Source: Antedon mediterranea
Lineage: Eukaryota > Animalia > Echinodermata
Assembly: GCF_964355755.1 (NCBI RefSeq)
Contig: NC_092672.1
Span: 33,362,437-33,426,436, forward strand
Length of the DNA: 64,000 nt
Direction: 5' to 3'
Shown: positions 40,501 to 52,500 of the stretch, one piece after another
Layout: the number at the start of each line of letters is the position of its first letter
Numbering within the stretch: position 1 is the stretch's first letter
Program-made: the position numbers and the translations under genes
Notes under the pieces: generated by a model
The model's input: only the letters and a program-made list of their open reading frames with translations
What the model was told of the DNA's origin: nothing
Databases searched by the model: none

Positions 40501-43500
40501 AGCACTACAAAGATTATGAGAAATATACAAAATTAAGAAATGCAGCTTCAAAGGAGTCAAAGAAAGCTAAACGGATCTTTGAGAAAAAACTTGCAAAAGA
40601 AGTTAAGACTAACCCAAAATGCTTTTGGAATTATGTAAGGTCTAAAACAAGGATAAAGTGTGGAATTAGCCACCTGACTAAACCTGATGGGTCTAAAACA
40701 AAAAATGATGAAGAAAAAGCTTTTATCTTGAATAATTTCTTTTGTAGCACGTTTACATGTGAAGACATATCCGATGTACCAGAACTTACAAATAGATATA
40801 ATGGTGTACCATTGAGCACATTAGTATTTTCAAGAGAGCAAGTCCTAAAGAAGCTGATGAGTCTAAACCCTTCAAAATCTCCGGGCCCAGACAGCATACA
40901 TCCTCGTGTACTAAAAGAAGCAGCAGAACTAATCGCTGATCCACTAACAAACATATTTAATAAATCCATAAAGGAAGGTATCATTCCTGACGACTGGAAG
41001 GTAGCTCATGTTTCCGCTATATTTAAGAAGGGCAACCCTACTAATCCAAGCAACTATAGGCCCATCAGTTTGACATCAGTGATATGTAAAGTAATGGAAT
41101 CCTTAATCAGAGATGATCTAATGATGTTTCTGGAAGGCAATGATCTTATAAGTAACCATCAATATGGATTTAGAGCAGGCAGATCATGTGTAACACAACT
41201 GATAATGGTACTTGATAAATGGACAGCTATGATTGATGAAGAAGGTGGTGTAGACGTAGCATACCTGGATTTTAGCAAGGCCTTCGATACTGTCCCACAC
41301 CAACGACTACTGAAAAAAATACAAGCATATGGAATTAATGGTAATCTTTTAAAATGGATAGAATGTTTCTTACTTGGAAGGAAGCAGCGTGTTGCAATTA
41401 AAGGAACCTTATCGTCTTGGTCTCATGTTACAAGCGGGATACCCCAAGGAAGTGTCCTCGGACCTATACTATTCTTGATCTACATAAACGATTTACCCGA
41501 TATATTAGAAAGCCACACAGAGATGTTTGCTGATGATACCAAACTGTTCAATCATATTAAGAGTCGGGCTGACTGTGAAGCCCTCCAACGTGATATTGAT
41601 GCTGCTAACGATTGGGCAAAAACTTGGCAGTTGCAGTTTAACGTCAATAAGTGCTGCATTATGCATCTTGGCAGGAACCTTGAATTGTACAATTATACGA
41701 TGTCAGCGGAGGCTTTGCAGGCAAAAGAGGAAGAAAAAGACTTGGGCGTTATATTTGACCAGACCCTCAAGTTCAGCAAACACGTTGGAATCGTCAGTAA
41801 TAGAGCCAATAGAGTTGTTGGTCTGATCAGACATACATTTAACTACCTTGATGAGGAAATGTTTGTTCCACTTTTTAAATCTTTAGTGAGACCTCACCTT
41901 GAATATGCTAACTGTGTATGGTCTCCGTTTCTTCGTAAAGATATAACATGCATTGAAAAAGTTCAAAGGAGGGAAACAAAAGCAATTCCATCATTAAAAG
42001 ACCTGGATTATACAGAACGCCTAAAACGACTAAATCTACCAACATTGGCCTTTAGAAGATTACGAGGAGATATGATTCAAGTTTTTAAAATGGTGACAGG
42101 CCTAAGTGGTAGTGGAATGCGTAACTTCTTCCCTATGAAAACATACGAGAGAAACCTAAGAAGACATCGATACACCATATATAAGCGACGACCTAAACTG
42201 GGTATCCGCAAGTACAATTTTTCTTACAGAATTGTTAACCTATGGAATAGTCTACCAGAGGAAGCCGTTAACACCACCACAGTAAACGCCTTTAAAAATA
42301 AACTTGATAAATTCATTGAAAGAAAATACAACAAATTTACTTTTATGGGATAAAGTGTATTGTAGAAGAATTTAAATCAAGGAAACCAATGAAAAAAAAA
42401 AAAAAACCAAAAAAAAAACCATGCAGTGATGACTTGATGAAAGTGGGAGGGCATGACATGTACCATACAGAAATGTATGGTCTACTTACGAGCCCGACAA
42501 GACAGGTGATTACAGGTGATTACAGGTGATTAAGTTCGTTCGACCTGGAACATCTGAAAACAACTGCAGATTTCCAAATATCAAACTAACAATTTCAACC
42601 TTACGATCACGAGATAAATGACCAACTTTCTCTTCAATGTTTGCAAGAACATCTGAATTACTGAACTTAACACATGTATCAGGATCCCCAAACTCTTCAG
42701 AATTCTCTTCAACAACACACGCAACTGGTGTTGACGTACAGGTATCACTATTATTTCTCACTGTGTATGGTTTCAACATGTTTATATGACACAGTCGCTT
42801 CTTCTTACGCCTATCTGGAGTATCTAACACATAGTCAACTTCTCCTACTCTTTCTAATACTTTGTAAGGACCAGCAAATCTTGTAGATAATGGTTGACTG
42901 GGAAGAGGCAACATAACTAACACTTCATCACTTGAATTAAAGCTTCTCTTTTCTGATTTCCTATCAAACAATCTCTTCATTTTACCCTGAGCCTTCACAA
43001 GATTCTTTCTAGCCATCTCACGAGCACGATTTAATCGATCACGAAATTCAGACACATAATCTAGTATCGATACAGACTCTTCTGCATTCCCTAACAGCCT
43101 TTCTTTGACTATTTTAAGAGGGCCTCGGACCGAATGACCATACACCAACACAAATGGGCTAAACCCTAAGGACTCTTGCACTGTTTCACGAACAGCGAAT
43201 AACAATAAGGGAACTCCCTCATCCCATTCCTTTTCAAATTGAAAACAATAGGTTTTAATCATATTCTTAAGTGTTTGATGAAATCTCTCAAGTGCCCCTT
43301 GAGACTGTGGATGGTAAGCACTTGAATTTATATGGGCAACACCTAACTGCTCTAAGACTTGTTTAAATATCTTTGACATGAAGTTTGATCCTTGATCGGA
43401 CGGAACAGCTTTAGGCAATCCTACCCATGTAAAGAATTTTACCAATGCTTTAACAACATTCTTAGCTGTAATACGCCTAAGAGGAATCGCTTCTGGAAAC

Positions 43501-46500
43501 CTACTTGATGCACACATTATTGTTAATAGATACTCATTTCCATTTTTAGTACGTGGTAATGGACCCACACAATCAACAATAACCCTTGAAAATGGTTCAC
43601 CGAATGCAGGAATAGGCTTAAGTGGGGCTACTGGAACCTTTTGATTAGGCTTCCCCACTACCTGACACGCATGACAGGATTTACAATAGTTAGACACATC
43701 TTTTCTAAGACCTGGCCAAAAGAAATGCCTGAGAATTTTGTCTACCGTTTTATTGACACCTAAATGACCTGAAAGAGGATCATCATGCGCAATACAAATA
43801 ATATCCTGACGGTATCCACTAGGAATAACTATCTGGTGAATCACATTCCAAACCTCACTACTTGGAATATCTGGTGGCCTCCACTTACGCATAAGTATGC
43901 CATCCTTTATATAATAACAAACAGGAACAATAGACATTTCCTCTACAGAAAGAGCTTTCTGACCAAATGACACCAAATCAGGATCATTACTCTGCTCTTC
44001 CACTAACCTAGACCGATTGAGAACTGTCGGACCGAAATCACACACTTTTGGGTGCTGTTGTTCAGCCTGGGCAGTGTGTGACTCGGGACCTGAGCAGACA
44101 GCCTCTTGGGAAACGCGATCCGTAATGTCTCCGTAAAAACTATCACATAAGTCAATACTCTCATCCTCATCTATGGTTTTATTTGCCATAGATCGCGTCA
44201 CCGCACATGATGGAAACACATGTGATAATTCTTTCTCTAAACACACCGTGCTTTCGTCTTCAACAGGACTCTTTCACACAACCGGTTCTCCTGTCACTCT
44301 GTCTCCGGCCAAATCATTCCCCAAAAGGAGTGCGACACCCCACACCGACAACAAAATCTCCGCTAACAATATCTGTTTCAATCCGAATTACATGAAGTGG
44401 GACTTCCTTATAACCCCCTTCAACACCTTGGATGAGCACACTTGCTCCAGCAGAAGACTCGTTTGAAAATGACAATGCCGATTCTATTATCAGGGATTGT
44501 GACGCCCCTGTGTCTCTTAAGACACGAACTTTACTCAGATTCACATCGTTGATCAATGCTACAGAACCAGTAGAGAGGAAAGGCTTAAATAGCTTTCGCA
44601 CTTATATCCCCAACAATTACAAGAATCATAAATCACTCCTTCACAACATGTAAATTCCCAAATACGTGGAAAATAGCAAAGGTCACGCCAATTTTTAAGA
44701 ATGGTGAAAAAATTAACCCTAATAATTATCGTCCCATTTCCGTCCTACCTATACTTTCAAAAATAATTTAACGAGTCGTTTTTAATCAACTTTATGCTTT
44801 TTTGAATAATAATAATCTGTTATGTATAAATCAATCAGGTTTTTGACCATCATACTCAACATCTACTGCACTTACAAAAGTGACGGAAGACTGGTATAGT
44901 GCAATAGACGAGGGTAAGCTGGTCGGAATCTGTTTACTAGATTTTAAAAAGGCCTTTGATACGGTAAACCATAACATACTATTAAGCAAATTGAGACTTT
45001 ATGGTTTAAGTAAATATGTTTTAAAATGGTTCGAGAGCTATCTGTCTGAGCGAAAGCAATTCACAAATGTAAATAATACATTGTCTGACTATACACACAT
45101 CCAATGTGGAGTGCCTCAGGGGTCAATCGTGGGCCCACTTGCTTTCCTCTTATATATAAATGACCTATCGAAAGTTGCAAACAAATGTAAAATAAGTATG
45201 TATGCTGACGATACTATAATTTATTGTTCTTCAAAAAATGGAAATGAAATATACCAAAGTATAAATGAAGAACTTATACAAATCTACGATTGGTTAAAAA
45301 ATAATAAATTGAGTCTAAATGTCTCTAAATCCGAGTTCATGTTGATCGGATCGACAAACCGATTGGCAACCACCAAAGAAAAAAATAGATCAGTTAATAT
45401 AGATAACGATGTTGACGCGTTCGATATTGCCAACATCTCGGTATCATAATAGACGAACATTTATCATGGAAAAATCAGATTGAATACATTCGAGGTAAAG
45501 CTCTAAATGGATTGGGTATGCTTAGACGATGTAGCTATTATTTTCCACAAAACATATTAAAACATATTGCAAACTCTATTGTAATACCTTACTTGAGCTA
45601 TTGTAACATAATTTGGGGAAATAGTAGTCAAACTCTAATGAAAAGAGTTCAAACTATCCAAAACAGAACAGCTCGAATCGTGTGTGGTCTAACATGGGAC
45701 ACACCTAGTAGTGAGGCACTAAGGCAAATTAATTGGTCACCTTTATTTTATCAAGATAGATATGAGACTGTTAAGGAAGGTTGAAGCTTATGGTATCTCC
45801 GGTAACGTCTATAATTGGATTCAAGACTTCTTAAAAGGTAGAAGACAACGAGTAATGTTAAATGGGACTCTGTCGAAATGGTCGGATGTGATAAGTGGTG
45901 TTCCGCAAGGAAGTGTGCTTGGTCCGATTTTATTCTTACTCTTTATCAATGACTTGCCTGAAGTTGCAGTATCAGAAGTTAAGCTTTTCGCTGATGATAC
46001 TAAAGTTTATGATTATGGGGAACCCAAAGAAAAATTGCAGATCTCACTTGATAATATGTTTAATTGGTCGACCAGATGGCAACTACCTTTCAATGCCAAC
46101 AAGTGCAAGATGTTGTATATAGGGAAAACAAATGAGAAGAATGAGTATTTTGTAAATGTACAAGATAAAGTTAAAATTGAAGAGACTGCTATAGAAAGGA
46201 TCTCGGAGTATACTTTGATCATAAATTGAACTGTGATTATCATATAAATTGCTGTGTTGCTAAGGCAAATAAAATAGTGGGTCTCATCAAAAGGACTTTT
46301 TGTTACAACGATAAGGATATGTTTCTTAGTCTATACAAATCTTTAGTCCGCCCTATCTTGGAATTTAACTGTTGTGTCTGGGCACCTCATCAAATTGGAC
46401 TGATTAAGAAAATCGAGTCGGTTCAGCGAAGAGCTACCAAATCATTGTCAGAAATAAAACATTTGGCATATCCGTATAGATTGAAGTTTTTGGGTTTACC

Positions 46501-49500
46501 TACACTGGAGTACAGACGATTAAGAGCGGATATGATCCAAATCTTCAGAATTATAAATGGTCTTGACGCTATTGAATGCAGAAAGTTTTTTACATTTGTT
46601 GATTGTCATGGAACTAGAGGTCATGAATACAAGCTATATAAAAACAAGTTTAGGCTTAATTCCAGGAAGTTTTCCTTCAGTTGTAGAGTTGTGGACTCAT
46701 GGAATAACTTACCATCTAATGTTGTAAAAGCTCCAAATTTAAATCTGTTCAAGTCACTCCTCAATGGTCATTGGAAGTCCCTTGACTGCAAGTTTACCTT
46801 TTCATATTTATAATCACTTTGGAACATTATGTGTACACCCGGAGCCCGGAGTCATACGAAGACAGGAAGGGTCATATAAGCTATATTTAGCTTTCTAACC
46901 GACCCATAACATCAAGCAAGTATCAAGCAAGTATATGAATGTTGTATGGTTATATATAAGGTTTTGACAGATAATGCCCCACCTTACCTAAATAATGTAT
47001 TTACATTCAATGATATAAATTATAATCTAAGGCACAGTGATACACATCTATTCATCTCAAAGCCAAAAACCGATTTTAAAAAACGAAGTCTGTCTTATCG
47101 TGGAGCAATTATATGGAATAGTCTCAATGTTGATACCCTTCCAAATTCAGTTAAGTTGTTTAAAACGTATCTGAAAAATGCATTGTAAACATAATGGTAT
47201 GGTAATCTACGATCTACATCCAACTTTTAAAATGGCTAAATACTATGTAAAATGTGTGTTTTATCACTATTATTTTAAGGTAAATGAAATCCAAAAGATT
47301 TATTATGTATTACAGTTGAATCCCCATGAATTATACACTTCGATAAGGGTTTCCGTTTACACGGGAAGTACCGGTATGGTGTACCCTAAATAGAGGTGTC
47401 AGATGAAGGGGATTCTGCTGTAATTTTGTTTCTTTTCAATTTCAATTTTTTTCGTTTCTGTTGTATTTATAAGGTGTTGATTTTTGTTTGTTTTGTAATA
47501 CAGTATCACGAACTTGTGTAAAAACAATCAATATTGATTGAACGAGTTGTACTGCACATCAGTCTCGTGTCTAAATAAAGTTTATATATATTCCGGACCT
47601 GAAGATTGGATCAACTTCACTTTCATCAACGTCATGACTCGCTGTCACTTTCAACGGGACTGTATTTACCAACGTGTTTGGAAGTGATTGGGGTTTCTTA
47701 TTATCCCCTTTAGATTTGCTTTGAAACAGCCAGCAATCTGCCTTTATATGACCCTTTTTCTTGCAGTGAAAACAAGTTCTGACAAATTTACTACTACGTA
47801 CTATTAACTGTAGTTTTCTGACTTTGGACCTTAGAATCATCAACAGATTTGGAAACCGATTTGGTATTTACCACCTTGTGCGTGACCACATAATTATCGG
47901 CAACAGAAGCCGCTTTCATTAAATTATCAACTTTCTGCTCCTCTAGATGTGTACGAACTTCAGTAGGGGAACAAGATTTAAACTCCTCAACTAACATAAA
48001 CTCACGAAGCTTTCCAAATTCACCCTTTACTCCTTCCGAACTACACCATCTATCAAAAAGAATCTGCTTCTTACGTGCAAATTCTGTAAACGTTTGATCA
48101 TAAGGTTTACTTAAGTTCCAAAATTTCTGACGATACGCCTCTGGAACTAACTCATAAGCTGACAAAACAGCAGTTTTGACCGCTTCATAGCTTTCACATT
48201 GATCATCAGCCAATGCAGAAAATACCTCTTGGGCTTTACCCTTAGGTTTACTTAAGTTCCAAAATTTCTGACGATACGCCTCTGGAACTAACTCATAAGC
48301 TGACAAAACAGCAGTTTTGACCGCTTCATAGCTTTCACATTGATCATCAGCCAATGCAGAAAATACCTCTTGGGCTTTACCCACAAGAGCAGTTTGTAAC
48401 AACACAGTCCAGTGTCTAGCAGGCCACTTTAATCTATTAGCAATTTTCTCAAAAGCTAAAAAATATGTCTCTACCTCGTCCTCATTAAACTTGGGAACTC
48501 ATTGAATATTCTGAGTAATCTCTGAATCATTAGGTGTAGAAACCCGTGTGGTGTGACCCATTTGGTTAGCTAATTCTAATTTCCTTAACTCAAATTCATG
48601 TTTTTCTTTTTCCATTTCTCTTTGAGTTTGCATCTCTAGAATCTCTATTTTTCTTCTTTCAAAAATTAATTTTTCACGTTCCAATGCGATTCTAGCCAAC
48701 TCTACCTCATTTCCCGCAGTATTTACGGATTCATGAGTAATTAAACGAACATGACTTCCAATCACATTTATCAAGTCATATTTATAATATTCATGGAATC
48801 ATTTATAGATGCTCCAACCCTAGTACCTAGGAGTCGCAAACGTTCCTCTGATAGCTGAGCTACCACCTCAATGGACATGCTAGTATCCAAAAATTCCTCG
48901 TCAAAATCACTTTCTGACATAGTTTCTATTTGAAACAAACAAACAAAAATACAGGTTAAAATAATAACCAATATGACGATAATTAAGGCACCAGTAATGA
49001 AATACCTGCCAAGCCCACACAGTATTAAACCTACCGTGCGCCGTGGTCTCAATAACTAGACCCCTAAAATCAAAGCCAAACCGACTTCTACTATCACAGG
49101 CAAGCCTACACAAGCCTAAAACAACAACACAGTGTACTACTACTGGCTCGACGACCGCCAAACCTCGTTCGCTATAAAACGCCTCTAAACCTAAAACCAG
49201 CTTAGAATAAGCAACAAAAATTACCATCAGTTCGATCTACAACTACAATTCCGTACTTTGTTTCACGGATGACCCCCCAATTTGTTACGGGCTCGCTCTT
49301 TAGGCAGAAACCAACAATAAGAACATAACAAAACACGTTGTAGTTGTCGTCCATCTTTATTCATCTCTTCCCTTTTACTCTAGAGGGCTCACTTCCGTGT
49401 GACAAACCCATCACAGTATGTATGTTTGTATGTTTGTTACTTGGCAAAAAAGAATTTTGACATGTATAGTATTTACTTTGTTTGTATGTATGTATGTATG

Positions 49501-52500
49501 TATGTTTGTTTGTATGTATGTTTGTTACTTGGCAAAAGAATGTTGCCAAGTATAGTATTTACTTTGTTTGTTACTTGGCCAAATTGAAAATTGGCCAAGT
49601 ATGTTGATCTGTTTGGTTTGTGTGTTTGTTACTTGGCCAAATTGAAAATTGGCCAAGTATGTTGATCTGTTTGGTTTTTGTGTGTGTTTGTTTGTTTGTT
49701 TGTTTGTTACTTGGCCAAATTGAAAATTGGCCAAGTATGTTGATAGGTGCGGTTTGTGTGTGTGTGTGTGTGTGTGGGTGTGTTTGTTTGTTTGTTTGTC
49801 ATCACTCTAGCGCTCACAGTTTTGATTCGAATGACTCCAAATTACTACCATGCATGTCACCTGGTGCAAGGACGACACTGTCCAATTTTGGTTAAAATCT
49901 GGACTACGGTCCAAATTCTGGACCACTTTTAAAAATTATTTTCAGACCTGCTAGTGTTAAAAGATAGGACAGAAGCTAAATGAAATTCTTTCAAGAGATA
50001 GGACAGAATTATCAAAAGCAGGTTAGCAGTCCTAACGTAAACTTAAATTGTATTTTCTCGGGAACTACTTGTCCAAAAAACTTCTTTTTTGTACAAGAGG
50101 CAAGTGTTATAATTTGTGTTTTGTAATTTTGAAACATAATTAGATTTAATGTACAGGTTTTTTTATGCGAGTAGTTTACAAAACCTATTTCTTTTCAAAT
50201 TCACCCGTGTGTTTTTCGCGTTGCTGTTCTATTGTTAGCCAACTGAAGCTATTGTTCGTTGAAAGGCTGGTTACATAACCTGTAAACCTAAATCTCACAG
50301 CATAAGACACACACTTTTGGTGAAAATTGAGTCAATGTCAGGAGGCCAATTTTGATTTGGCCAAGTATCGCGCTATGCGCGAAGGCTAGTTTGTTTGTTA
50401 CTTGGCCAAATTGAAAATTGGCCAAGTATGTTGATCTGTTTGGTTTGTGTGTTTGTTACTTGGCCAAATTGAAAATTGGCCAAGTATGTTGATCTGTTTG
50501 GTTTGTGTGTGTGTTTGTTTGTTTGTCATCACTCTAGCGCTCACAGTTTTGGTTCGAATGACTCCAAATTACTACCATACATGTCACCTGGTGCAAGGAC
50601 GACACTGCCCAATTTTGGTTAAAATCTGGACCACGGTCCCAATTCTGGACCACTTTCAAAAATTATGTTCAGACCTGCTAGTGTTAAAAGATAGGACAGA
50701 ATTATCAAAATCCGGTGAGCAGTCTTAAATTAACAAGTAAACTAAAATTGCATTTTCTCGAGAACTACTTGTCCAAAAAACTTCATTTTTGTACAAGAGG
50801 CAAGTGTTACAATTTGTCATTTGTAATTTTAAAATATAATTAGATTTAATGTACAGGTTTTTTGATGCGAGTAGTTTACAAAACCTATTTCTTTTCAAAT
50901 TCACCCGTGTGTTTTTTACGCGTGCTGTTCTATTGTTAGCCGACTAAAGCTATTGTTCGTTGAAAGGCTTGTTACATAACCTGTAAACCAAACTCGTATA
51001 CACATGATTGTAGTGAAATTAGCCTAAATCTCACAGCATAAGACACACACTTTTGATGAAAATTGGGTCAATGTCAGGAGGCCAATTTTTATTTGGCCAA
51101 GTATCGCGCTATGCGCGAAGGCTAGTTTGTTTGTTTGTTTGTCATCACTCTAGCGCTCACAGTTTTGATTCGAATGACTCCAAATTACTACCATACATGT
51201 CACCTGGTGCAAGGACAACACTGCTCAATTTTGGTTAAAATCTGGACTACGGTCCAAATTCTGGACCACTTTTAAAAATTATTTTCAGACCTGCTAGTGT
51301 TAAAAGATAGGACAGAAGCTAAATGAAATTCTTTCAAGAGATAGGACAGAATTATCAAAAGCAGGTTAGCAGTCCTAACGTAAACTTAAATTGTATTTTC
51401 TCGGGAACTACTTGTCCAAAAAACTTCTTTTTTGTACAAGAGGCAAGTGTTATAATTTGTGTTTTGTAATTTTGAAACATAATTAGATTTAATGTACAGG
51501 TTTTTTTATGCGAGTAGTTTACAAAACCTATTTCTTTTCAAATTCACCCGTGTGTTTTTCGCGTTGCTGTTCTATTGTTAGCCAACTGAAGCTATTGTTC
51601 GTTGAAAGGCTGGCTACATAACCTGTACACCAAACTCGTATACACATGATTGTAGTGAAATTAGCCTAAATCACACAGCATAAGACACACACTTTTGGTG
51701 AAAATTGGGTCAATGTCAGGAGGCCAATTTTGATTTGGCCAAGTATCGCGCTATGCGCGAAGGCTAGTTTGTTTGTTTGTTTGTTTGTCATCACTCTAGC
51801 GATCACAGTTTTGATTCGAATGAATCCAAATTACTACCATACATGTCACCTGATGCAAGGACGACACTGCCCAATTTTGGTTAAAATCCGGACCACGGTC
51901 CCAATTCTGGACCACTTTTAAAAATTATTTTCAGACCTGCTAGTGTTAAAAGATAGGACAGATTTATCAAAAGCCGGTGAGCACCAAACTCGTGAAAAAA
52001 TGTAATTGCTTTTCTAAATTTATAATTTAAAATTTAGTTCTTACATTATTTCCAAAAATAGAAAAGATGCTCTTTGTATTTAAATGTCCGCTAAGATTTA
52101 ATTATTATTATTTTTTTTTATTATTGTACTGTACCGTTTGTGGTAAACAACAAATGCGTTTTGTTTTTACTCCATTCATAAAAATCAATCATGTACACGT
52201 ATTTATCTTTTTTATGGGAAAGTAATTATATTGTATTGCTGTGAAATTCGGTGATTTGTTTAATGTTTACAAGTGGTATGCCATGTAACGATAACGAGTG
52301 CATTTCAAAGCTATAAATATGAAAATATCTTGTTAATGTAATGTGGAATATTGTTATTGTTGTTATAATGTAAAATATGAAACATAAGTATTATCACAGT
52401 GCATTCCAAGCTAAATGGAAGTAATTGGGAGTAATTTATTTTGTGGATGATAACTGGGTTTTATTTGGACGTTGTTGAAGGCTTATGTCATGTCTGTGGT

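Larger units (their letters stand above)
42532..49404 (-). mobile_element. Gmr1-like Ty3/Gypsy LTR retrotransposon (gag-PR-IN-RT order), 3' truncated and disrupted
   Basis: Short LTR 49283-49404 (TGTCAC...GTAACA); PBS TGGGGGGTCATCCG; SCAN-like gag 47794-48900; CCHC knuckle CFHCKKKGHIKADC; protease LRDTGASQS (44314-44601); integrase HHCC + DDE + GPY (42510-44246) followed by the RT N-terminus DVPGRTNLI. Confidence 0.88.
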
